From assembly GCA_964401865.1 (NCBI GenBank), contig CAYNZZ010000005.1:30001-62000 (forward strand): DNA of 32,000 bases. Reading direction: 5' to 3'. Source of the DNA: an uncultured Erysipelotrichaceae bacterium (lineage in GTDB: Bacteria > Bacillota_I > Bacilli_A > Erysipelotrichales > Erysipelotrichaceae). Of this stretch, positions 17,697-25,550 are shown piece after piece. The position numbers and the translations under genes were made by a program. The notes beneath the pieces were generated by a model. The model worked only from the letters and a program-made list of their open reading frames with translations. It did no database searches and was not told where the DNA came from. The stretch's first letter is position 1. The number at the start of each line of letters is the position of its first letter.

Positions 17697-17915
17697 ATGG
17701 AAATCGTATTATTAATATTAGCTGTATTACTTATTTTGTTGTCATTACTCCAAAGTGGAAAATCAGATGGTTTAAGTGCTTTTACTGGTTCAGGAGATTT
17801 AGGTTTATTCCAAAATGTTAAAGAGAGAGGTCCTGAGAAGTTCATCTCTAATCTTACAATGGCTATAGGAATTGCCTTCTTTGTCCTTGTAATTATCATT
17901 AGAATTATTGATTAA
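17697..17915 (+). CDS. secG: Preprotein translocase subunit SecG
   Basis: LLSLLQSGKSDGLSAFTGSG matches the SecG LLQ-x-GK-x-x-GL...G-G signature. Two TM helices, 72 aa, upstream of rnr-smpB as in Bacillus. Confidence 0.85.
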   Translation: MEIVLLILAVLLILLSLLQSGKSDGLSAFTGSGDLGLFQNVKERGPEKFISNLTMAIGIAFFVLVIIIRIID

Positions 17916-17938
17916 AGGAGTATTGTTACTCCTTTTTT
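17916..17938 (+). terminator. Hairpin plus T6 directly after secG
   Basis: AGGAGTA (17916-17922) pairs with TACTCCT (17927-17933), with a TTGT loop and T6 at 17933-17938. Confidence 0.7.
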
Positions 17939-17951
17939 AGTGAGGAAAGCG

Positions 17952-20015
17952 ATGAAAAATATATTAGACATTTTAATAGAAGAAGATAGAGCATTAACTT
18001 TAGAAGAATTAAAGGTTTTTTGTCATGTAGAAGATGGTGAAGATTATAAAGACTTAGTAAAAAGTTTAAATACTTTAATTGCTGAAAAAGAAATATATGA
18101 GCTAAATGGAAAATATGATTTAATCAATAAGGAAAATCAAAAAACTGGTGAAATAATAATACGAAGAAATAAAAAAGTTATTATTGTGGAAAAAGATAAT
18201 GTTTATGAAGCGATTAATAACTTGAATTTTTCACTTTTAAATCACGATGAAGTATTATATGAAAAAAGAAATGGCAAAGTATTCATCTTAAATGTCATTA
18301 AACATAATTTAGTATATGTTGTGGGGCTTATTAGAGTTAAAAATGGCAAAGTATATTTTTATCCAGATGATGATTACTTTCCTCGTGATTACAAGATAAG
18401 CAATATCAAACAATTTCCTTTAAGAGATAAGCTGAAAGTAAGACTTTATATTTCGGATTATCAGAAAAAGGAAATGAAGATTGAAAGAATCATCGGTCAT
18501 CTTTATGATGCTCATGTTCAGGAGATGTCGCTTTTATATGCTTATGATATTCCGCTAGATTTTAACAGCACTACCATCAATGAGGCGAAGACGCTCGATA
18601 AACCAATAAATGTTGAAGATTATGAAGATAGAAAAGATCTTAGCGATGAACTGGTTATTACTATTGATGGTGATGATGCCAAAGATTATGATGATGCGAT
18701 TTCTCTATCTTATAAAGGTGATAATTATTTATTGAAGGTGCATATTGCGGATGTCAGTCATTATGTAGTCGCTAAATCATCACTAGACAAAGAAGCGTTT
18801 AAAAGGGGCACTTCAATTTACTACCCTAATCATGTAATTCCAATGTTGCCTTTTGAACTATCAAATGGCATTTGTTCATTAAGACCTAATGAGAAAAGAT
18901 TGGCTATGACTGTTGAGATGGAAATTGATAAGAATGGTCATACAGTGTCTTATGAAATATATGAATCCATTATCGAATCAAAATATCGTATGACTTATCA
19001 TGATGTCAATGCGATATTGAAAAACGATGAATTGTTATGCGATAAGTATAAAAAACTGATTCCAATGATCAATGAGGCTTATGAGTTATCGAATATTTTA
19101 AAGGCAAGACGTAAAGAAACAGGTGGAATAGAATTTGATACTGATGAAAGCTATATTAAGATTGAAAATGATGAAGTAGTGGATGTTACGGTTAGGCAAA
19201 GGGGTATTGCCGAAGGGATAATCGAGGATTTTATGATTGCTGCTAACGTATGTGTGGCTAATCATATGAAATATCTAGAATATCCAATGATATATCGAAA
19301 TCACGATAATCCTAAAGATGATAGATTGGCAGAATTTGTTAATTTTGTTGAAAATCTAGGTTATCATTTTAAAGGCAATAAAAAAGCTATTCATGCTAAA
19401 CAGTTGAGTGACTGCCTTGACTATTATAAAGATGAAAAGTCTTATCCTATCATTGCCAATTATTGTTTAAGATCGATGGCTAAAGCCAAATATGATAGTG
19501 TTTCAGGTAGCCATTTTGGACTTGGACTTGAAAACTATTGCCATTTTACTTCGCCAATTAGAAGATATCCGGACTTAATTGTTCATCGAATGATTAAAAA
19601 GTATATCATTGCAAAGCCAGATTTTTCTAACTTTGATAATGATTTTGATGCAAATGCTAAAATAGCTCAAAGATGCAACGAAAGAGAAAGAATATCAGTT
19701 GAGTTAGAAAGAGATTTAGAAGATTACTATAAATGTCAATACATGAAACATCACATCGGGGAAGTGTACGAAGGAGTTATTTCTTCGATTACGAGTTTTG
19801 GATTTTATGTTAAACTTGATAATACCGTTGAAGGTTTAGTACATATTAAAAATCTAGATGGTTATTTTGAATTATTAAAAGATGGCAGTCTGTCTAATGG
19901 TGAAAAAACTTATCGCATTGGTGATATAGTTAAAATAAAGTGTAGAGACGTTGATGTTGTAAGGAATAATATTGATTTTGTCTTATATAAGAAACGTCAA
20001 CAGAAATGGATTTAA
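17952..20015 (+). CDS. rnr: Ribonuclease R
   Basis: RNB motifs ITIDGDDAKDYDDAISL and HFGLGLENYCHFTSPIRRYPDLIVHR, plus a C-terminal S1 domain (GEVYEGVISSITSFGFYVKL). I prefer ATG 17952 (SD GAGGAAA at 17942-17948) over the GTG at 17940 in the ORF track. Confidence 0.92.
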   Translation: MKNILDILIEEDRALTLEELKVFCHVEDGEDYKDLVKSLNTLIAEKEIYELNGKYDLINKENQKTGEIIIRRNKKVIIVEKDNVYEAINNLNFSLLNHDEVLYEKRNGKVFILNVIKHNLVYVVGLIRVKNGKVYFYPDDDYFPRDYKISNIKQFPLRDKLKVRLYISDYQKKEMKIERIIGHLYDAHVQEMSLLYAYDIPLDFNSTTINEAKTLDKPINVEDYEDRKDLSDELVITIDGDDAKDYDDAISLSYKGDNYLLKVHIADVSHYVVAKSSLDKEAFKRGTSIYYPNHVIPMLPFELSNGICSLRPNEKRLAMTVEMEIDKNGHTVSYEIYESIIESKYRMTYHDVNAILKNDELLCDKYKKLIPMINEAYELSNILKARRKETGGIEFDTDESYIKIENDEVVDVTVRQRGIAEGIIEDFMIAANVCVANHMKYLEYPMIYRNHDNPKDDRLAEFVNFVENLGYHFKGNKKAIHAKQLSDCLDYYKDEKSYPIIANYCLRSMAKAKYDSVSGSHFGLGLENYCHFTSPIRRYPDLIVHRMIKKYIIAKPDFSNFDNDFDANAKIAQRCNERERISVELERDLEDYYKCQYMKHHIGEVYEGVISSITSFGFYVKLDNTVEGLVHIKNLDGYFELLKDGSLSNGEKTYRIGDIVKIKCRDVDVVRNNIDFVLYKKRQQKWI

Positions 20016-20467
20016 GTATGAATAATGTAAAAGATGTTGCAGTAAATAAAAAAGCATTTCATGATTATTTTATCGAAGAAAAATTAGAGGCTGGGCTAGT
20101 TCTTTTAGGCACGGAGATTAAGTCGGTGCGTAAAGGTAAAGTACAGATTAAGGAAGCATATATTTCTTTTATCAATAACGAGGCTTTTATTAAGGGCATG
20201 AGCATATCGTTATATGAATTTGGCAATCGAAATAATCATGATGAAAAAAGAGATAGAAAATTATTGATGAACAGAAGAGAGATAATTAAGTGGAACTCAA
20301 AGGTAAAAACGCAGGGCTTTACAATTATTCCTTTAAGAATCTATCTTAAAAACGGCTATGCAAAGTGTGAGATTGCACTAGCTAAGGGTAAATCATTATA
20401 TGATAAGCGTGAAGATTCAAAAGTTAAAACTATGAAGATGGAAGCGCTAAAAGCTACTAGAAGATAG
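20006..20467 (+). CDS. smpB: SsrA-binding protein SmpB
   Basis: NKKAFHDYFIEEKLEAGLVLLGTEIKSVR is the canonical SmpB N-terminus. The start is ambiguous (ATG 20006 or ATG 20018) and neither has a clear SD. Confidence 0.9.
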   Translation: MDLSMNNVKDVAVNKKAFHDYFIEEKLEAGLVLLGTEIKSVRKGKVQIKEAYISFINNEAFIKGMSISLYEFGNRNNHDEKRDRKLLMNRREIIKWNSKVKTQGFTIIPLRIYLKNGYAKCEIALAKGKSLYDKREDSKVKTMKMEALKATRR

Positions 20468-20500
20468 ATGATTTGCCTAAATAATTAATGATAGCTTCAT

Positions 20501-20524
20501 AACCGTTTATAGACGGTTTTTTAT
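20501..20524 (+). terminator. Rho-independent terminator after smpB
   Basis: AACCGT (20501-20506) pairs with ACGGTT (20513-20518) and is followed by a T-run. Confidence 0.7.
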
Positions 20525-20547
20525 TGAGTTTGTGAAGGAGGAGAAAA

Positions 20548-21885
20548 ATGGATCAAGAAACTAATAGATTAGCGCAAGATTTCGATATTTGGACATTATT
20601 AAAATTTACTGCTCCAACAGCTATCATGATGGTTTTTATGTCTTTGTATCAAATGGTCGATGGAGCTTTTATTGCTAGATTTGTAGGCGAAAACGCTCTA
20701 TCGGCATTAAACATTGTTTATCCAGTTATCAGTGTTTTAATTGCTTTTTCAGTAATGCTGGCGGCAGGAGGTAGTGCAATTATTGCCAAGAATATTGGTG
20801 AAGGTAAAGAAAAGGAAGCCAGGGAAAACTTTTCGCTCATTGTCTTTGTTGGATTATTATCGGGATTATCTTTTACGATTATAGGAACTATTTTCATTAG
20901 ACCATTACTTGATTTGTTGGGTGTTACACCGATTTTATATTCGTACGCTAATGATTATTTGCGAATTATCATTTTGACAGCTCCGTTATCAGTGTTTCAG
21001 ATGTTGTTTCAATTTTTCTTTGTGACGGCTGGAAAACCGCAAATAGGTTTGTTTTTAACGATTTTAGGTGGAATATCAAATATTATTTTGGATTATATTT
21101 TTATTGTTTTGTGCAATATGGGTGTTAGTGGAGCAGCAATTGCAACTTCAATTGGCTATGCAATACCTGCTTTATTTGGAATCGGATATTTCTTTTTATA
21201 TCGCAAAGGAGTTTTATATTTTGTAAAGCCGGTATTCCGTGCAGAAGTATTGATTCATAGTATTACAAATGGATCATCAGAAATGGTAAATAATTTAGCA
21301 ATAGCAATTACAACTTTTCTTTTCAATTCTTTAATGATGAAATATGTTGGCGAATCTGGTGTTGCTGCTATTACGATTGTCTTATATGCGCAGTTTTTAA
21401 TGACCTCTGTCTTTATGGGTTTCTCTAATGGCATAGCTCCGGCGATAAGCTATAATTATGGCAGTCAAAACACCGAACAGTTAAAGAAGATATTTAAAAA
21501 TTGCCTATATGTCATTGCCGCAATATCAATCGCCGTATTTTTGATTGCGGAAGTTTGTGCTATACCAATCATAAATATTTTTGTAACTTCAGAAAGCGAA
21601 GCCTTTCAATTGACTAAGCATGGATTTACTATATTCTCTTTTAGTCTATTATTTAGTGGAATTAATATTTTTTCATCAGCATTGTTTACAGCTTTTTCTA
21701 ATGGCAAAGTATCGGCAATTCTGTCATTTCTTAGAACCTTTGTCTTTTTGTCGATATGTCTTTTATTATTACCAATATTATGGGATGTAGATGGAATTTG
21801 GATATCAGTTCCGGTGGCAGAATTATTTGCCTTTATAGTATCTGTTTATTGCTTGGTGAATTTGAGAAAAGATTATAATTACTAA
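20548..21885 (+). CDS. MATE-family efflux transporter
   Basis: A 445-aa polytopic protein with a typical MATE N-terminus (LLKFTAPTAIMMVFMSLYQMVDGAFIARFVGENALSA). Strong SD GAAGGAGGAG. Confidence 0.85.
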   Translation: MDQETNRLAQDFDIWTLLKFTAPTAIMMVFMSLYQMVDGAFIARFVGENALSALNIVYPVISVLIAFSVMLAAGGSAIIAKNIGEGKEKEARENFSLIVFVGLLSGLSFTIIGTIFIRPLLDLLGVTPILYSYANDYLRIIILTAPLSVFQMLFQFFFVTAGKPQIGLFLTILGGISNIILDYIFIVLCNMGVSGAAIATSIGYAIPALFGIGYFFLYRKGVLYFVKPVFRAEVLIHSITNGSSEMVNNLAIAITTFLFNSLMMKYVGESGVAAITIVLYAQFLMTSVFMGFSNGIAPAISYNYGSQNTEQLKKIFKNCLYVIAAISIAVFLIAEVCAIPIINIFVTSESEAFQLTKHGFTIFSFSLLFSGINIFSSALFTAFSNGKVSAILSFLRTFVFLSICLLLLPILWDVDGIWISVPVAELFAFIVSVYCLVNLRKDYNY

Positions 21886-21902
21886 TGTGAATGATAAAAG
21901 TA

Positions 21903-21953
21903 AAAAAACTATTAAGTTAAGTTTTGATTTAAACTAATTCTTAATAGTTTTTT
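21903..21953. terminator. Bidirectional terminator between the convergent MATE and pfp genes
   Basis: Perfect 14-bp arms AAAAAACTATTAAG (21903-21916) and CTTAATAGTTTTTT (21940-21953). The A-run and T-run flanks allow function on both strands. Confidence 0.65.
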
Positions 21954-21957
21954 CATT

Positions 21958-23616
21958 TTATTTATGTTCTAGTTCCAATGTCTTAGTGGTTACATCACAT
22001 ACTTCAGATGGTCCATAGTATTGGATAGCACCTGGGTATAAGAAACAAGTTTCTTTAGCCCATTTTTCTCTATGCTCAGCAAAGTAAGTGAATGGTTTGC
22101 CGTCCAGTTCAACAAGAGCTTTTTTAATTACCGGTTTATCTTCGCCATGTCTTCTTTCAATATTCATCATCTTAGTGATTGGCATACCACCGGCTACCCA
22201 TTCACTAGCGGGTTTTGACAAATTGCTGATCTTAGACAAATAGCCATTGCATCCATATAGAATTAACACGAAAGCATTGTAACCAAGTGAATAACAATAG
22301 TCGGCATCGAAATTGCTTGGGAAAGCGGCGCGTCCTTCATATCCTAAGAAGTGATGTTGAGTGCCGAATTTGCCAGAGTAAGTACCGGCTTTCTTTCTTT
22401 CATCAAGTACATCTTTAACTAAAGCTGAGAATAGTTTTTCCGATTCAATCAGCGAAACTTGGACATTGCCATGCGGATCTCTTTCTAAGAAAAGTTGTTG
22501 TTGAATTGATTGAGGTAAGATTTTGAAGACATCCATTGATTCAGCGCTTAAACCTTCTTTGATGAAGATATATTTTTCTTCCCATGTTTCAAGTGAATTG
22601 AATTGTAAAGCTTTAGCTCCGGCTAATAATTCATTGATTTCTTGAATTAATTTAGAAAATTCCGGAACAAATTCTACAACTCCTTCAGGAATAATGGCTA
22701 CACCAAAATTCATGCCATTATTTGAACGTTCATTTACTGAATCAGCAATATAATTAGCAATTTGAGATAAAGACATTTTTTTAGCAGCAACTTCTTCAGA
22801 GATTAGACAAATATTTGGTTGAGTTTGTAAAGCACATTCTAGAGCGACATGCGAAGCGGCTCTACCCATTACTTTAATAAAGTGCCAATATTTTTTAGCT
22901 GAGTTAGCATCTCTTTCAATGTTGCTGATTATTTCACTATATGTCTTAGTTGCAGTATCAAAGCCAAATGAACATTCGATGTCTTCATTTTTCAAATCGC
23001 CATCAATAGTTTTTGGACAACCAATCACTTGAATACCGCAATTATTAGCAGCAAAATATTCTGCCAATACTGCAGCATTAGTGTTTGAATCATCGCCACC
23101 GATAATAACAACGGCTGTAATGCCGTGTTTTTTGCATACTTCAGCAACCTTGATGAATTGTTCAGTTGTTTCAAGTTTAGTACGACCAGAACCAATGATG
23201 TCAAATCCACCAGTATTACGATATTGATCAATATATTCTTTTTCTAAAATAATGTATTCATCATTAACTAATCCACTAGGTCCGCCTTTAAAACCATATA
23301 GTTCATTATTAGGGTTAGCAGCTTTTAAAGCATCAAATAGTCCACAAATTACATTGTGTCCTCCTGGCGCTTGACCACCTGATAAGATAACACCTACTTT
23401 ATGAATCTTAGAATTAAAAGTGTTTGTTCCCTTAGAGAAAGTAATTTCTTTTTTACCATAAGTATTTGGGAATAATGCTTTAATCTTATCTTGATCAGCT
23501 ACTGATTCAGTTACTTCACCTTCATTTACGCTTATTTCATCGATATTATTGCATAATATACCAGGAAGCTTAGGTTTGTACTCGTATCTAGCTTTTTGTA
23601 GTGCAGAAATATTCAT
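21958..23616 (-). CDS. pfp: Diphosphate--fructose-6-phosphate 1-phosphotransferase (long PPi-dependent PFK)
   Basis: About 550 aa with GVILSGGQAPGGHNVI, IIGGDDSNTNAA, PKTIDGDL and KVMGRAASH motifs of the long PPi-PFK clade. I prefer ATG 23616 (AAGGAG 6 nt upstream, at 23623-23628 on the plus strand) over the track start at 23637. Confidence 0.88.
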   Translation of the reverse strand: MNISALQKARYEYKPKLPGILCNNIDEISVNEGEVTESVADQDKIKALFPNTYGKKEITFSKGTNTFNSKIHKVGVILSGGQAPGGHNVICGLFDALKAANPNNELYGFKGGPSGLVNDEYIILEKEYIDQYRNTGGFDIIGSGRTKLETTEQFIKVAEVCKKHGITAVVIIGGDDSNTNAAVLAEYFAANNCGIQVIGCPKTIDGDLKNEDIECSFGFDTATKTYSEIISNIERDANSAKKYWHFIKVMGRAASHVALECALQTQPNICLISEEVAAKKMSLSQIANYIADSVNERSNNGMNFGVAIIPEGVVEFVPEFSKLIQEINELLAGAKALQFNSLETWEEKYIFIKEGLSAESMDVFKILPQSIQQQLFLERDPHGNVQVSLIESEKLFSALVKDVLDERKKAGTYSGKFGTQHHFLGYEGRAAFPSNFDADYCYSLGYNAFVLILYGCNGYLSKISNLSKPASEWVAGGMPITKMMNIERRHGEDKPVIKKALVELDGKPFTYFAEHREKWAKETCFLYPGAIQYYGPSEVCDVTTKTLELEHK

Positions 23617-23696
23617 GTTTGTCTCCTTTATTTTCATTATCTATTTTATGATATTTTATCTTTTTAAACAAAGCAATAATGATATATAATAAACAT

Positions 23697-24116
23697 ATGA
23701 ATTTAGCAGATTTAGATATTGAAAGAAGAGAAGCTATTCAAGCTGGCAGAAAAGCAAAACATAGTTTAGAAAAAGCCTTGAGTTATATCAATGATGCCAA
23801 GAATTGGGGATTTTTTGATATGTTAGGTGGCGGAATGATTTCTTCGGTTCTTAAACGTTCCAAGATGCAAGATGCCAAAAAATATATGGAGCAAGCAAAG
23901 TTTGAATTAGAATTATTTAGTGAAGAATTAGAAGATGTTGGTAGTGAATTTGATATTGATTTGGATGTAGATAATTTCTTGGGCATTGCTGATATTGTAT
24001 TTGATAATATTTTTGTAGATTTTATGGTCCAACAAAAGATAGATAAGGCTAAACAAAGTATTGAAGATCTTATATATGAAATAGACCAAATACTTTATTC
24101 TTTAGAGAATTATTGA
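23697..24116 (+). CDS. Hypothetical helical protein
   Basis: ORF with a WGFFDMLGGGMISSVLKRSKMQDAKKYMEQAK motif and an acidic C-terminal half. No TM helix. Family not recognised. ATG 23679 is an alternative start, but it contains the candidate -10 TATAAT (23685-23690). Confidence 0.5.
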   Translation: MNLADLDIERREAIQAGRKAKHSLEKALSYINDAKNWGFFDMLGGGMISSVLKRSKMQDAKKYMEQAKFELELFSEELEDVGSEFDIDLDVDNFLGIADIVFDNIFVDFMVQQKIDKAKQSIEDLIYEIDQILYSLENY

Positions 24117-24124
24117 TGACATTT

Positions 24125-24145
24125 ACCGCTATTTAGCGGTTTTTA
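24125..24145 (+). terminator. Rho-independent terminator
   Basis: ACCGCT (24125-24130) pairs with AGCGGT (24135-24140) and is followed by TTTTT. Confidence 0.7.
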
Positions 24146-24177
24146 AATGAATGATTATGATGGCAAGGAGAAACAAT

Positions 24178-24951
24178 ATGGAACTTTTAATAACGATATT
24201 AGTTACTTTTTTCGCTGGTATGGGTGCAGGACTTGGAACTGGCTTTGCTGGGTTAAGTGCTGCGGCAGTAATTACACCAATGTTGGTGACATTTTTAAAT
24301 ATAGATCCCTATATGGCGGTAGGAATTGCTTTATCTTCTGATGTATTGGCTAGTGCAATATCGGCTTATACATATGGCAAAAATAAAAATCTAGATATTA
24401 AAAATGGTTTGATAATGATGGTTAGCGTACTACTATTTACGGTGGTAGGAAGTTATGCTTCGAGTTTGGTTCCATCAAATACGATGGGTAATTTTTCGAT
24501 ATTTATGACTTTCTTACTTGGAATTAAATTTATTATTAAACCAGTAATGACTACTAAAGAGTCAATGCAAAATGTATCAGCCAAGAAAAGAGTTATTCAG
24601 TCAATAGCATGTGGCATAATCATCGGCTTTATCTGTGGATTTGTAGGAGCAGGTGGAGGAATGATGATGTTATTGATTTTGACATCGGTATTAGGATATG
24701 AGTTAAAAACAGCAGTAGGTACCAGTGTATTTATTATGTCTTTTACTGCTTTGACTGGAGCAGTATCTCATTTTGTAATCGGTGGTTTTCCTGATTTATT
24801 GGTTTTCAGTTTATGTGTTATTTTTACTTTGTTATGGGCAAGAATTGGTGCTTTGTTTGCCAATAAAGCAGAACCTAAATTATTGAATAGAGTAACCGGT
24901 ATAATTTTAGTGATATTGGGAATTGTGGTTTTTGGTTTTTCTTTGTTTTGA
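24178..24951 (+). CDS. TSUP (TauE/SafE) family anion permease
   Basis: Polytopic protein with glycine-rich helices (FFAGMGAGLGTGFAGLSAAAVITP and GFVGAGGGMMMLLIL). I prefer ATG 24178 (SD AAGGAG at 24165-24170) over the track start at 24151. Confidence 0.75.
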   Translation: MELLITILVTFFAGMGAGLGTGFAGLSAAAVITPMLVTFLNIDPYMAVGIALSSDVLASAISAYTYGKNKNLDIKNGLIMMVSVLLFTVVGSYASSLVPSNTMGNFSIFMTFLLGIKFIIKPVMTTKESMQNVSAKKRVIQSIACGIIIGFICGFVGAGGGMMMLLILTSVLGYELKTAVGTSVFIMSFTALTGAVSHFVIGGFPDLLVFSLCVIFTLLWARIGALFANKAEPKLLNRVTGIILVILGIVVFGFSLF

Positions 24952-25202
24952 ATGAATGAACATTATTGTTTTAGCGAATAATTATATTTTTACATTTTGT
25001 TTTCATCAAATAATGTGTATTTATATCTAAATGGCATAGAAATATAAGCACGTGATTGCTATCAAACAATTATAAGCCAATGTTCAAAAAGAAATAGTAT
25101 GTGAATGATTATAAAGATAAGAAGAAAATATACAATTTTTATCTAACAATGAGTAATAAAGGCATATTAAATGATGTTAACTTTACATATGGAGGTAATT
25201 GC

Positions 25203-25550
25203 ATGGCAAGAAATAAAAAATCAGAATTGCTTACATATGATGCAAAAAGTTACCAATGCTATGCTTTTGTGGGTACAAAATGGTGGAATAACATTAATGA
25301 ACGAAATATAAATAATTTTGCATTAGAAGATTGTGCTGAAAATTGTCACCTTTTTAACTACTGCAAGGGAGGATGCGTTTATTCTAACTATTGTGATTCG
25401 GGAGTAATTAAAAATATTTGTTATAAACAGGATTTAGATGATATTAATAAATATTTGTTTTTATTAAACCTAAATTATAGAAATAAAATATCAATAAGTG
25501 ATTTTGAAAAGGAGCAGAAAAATGTTGAAACTATTTCCATTGACATCTAA
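25203..25550 (+). CDS. SPASM-type Cys-cluster domain ORF: probable 5'-truncated radical-SAM peptide maturase, possibly still translated
   Basis: The segment SYQCYAFVG...EDCAENCHLFNYCKGGCVYSNYC...NIC carries the C-x3-C-x5-C-x3-C plus flanking Cys pattern of SPASM/auxiliary 4Fe-4S domains. No CxxxCxxC radical-SAM core exists upstream; the frame closes at TAG 25095. GGAGG (25191-25195) sits 7 nt before ATG 25203. Confidence 0.5.
   Translation: MARNKKSELLTYDAKSYQCYAFVGTKWWNNINERNINNFALEDCAENCHLFNYCKGGCVYSNYCDSGVIKNICYKQDLDDINKYLFLLNLNYRNKISISDFEKEQKNVETISIDI

Noticed and set aside
24147-24341. 64-aa plus-strand ORF overlapping the start of the TSUP gene in another frame
   Set aside because: It is out of frame with a convincing polytopic permease. 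The Cys/Trp-rich composition is a frame artefact of a Gly/Ala-rich membrane gene.
25011-25019. The 9-mer TAATGTGTA shared with 27177-27185 (just outside the ssrA terminator), considered as attL/attR of the island
   Set aside because: It is only 9 nt in AT-rich sequence and does not include any tmRNA 3' sequence. It is too weak to call an attachment-site repeat.
25101-25202. GTG 25101 as the start of the SPASM ORF (149-aa version); likewise GTG 25498 for the exporter, GTG 17940 for rnr and ATG 23637 for pfp
   Set aside because: In each case an internal ATG is preceded by a well-spaced AGGAG-type SD, while the upstream start has none. The longer versions are kept only as alternatives.
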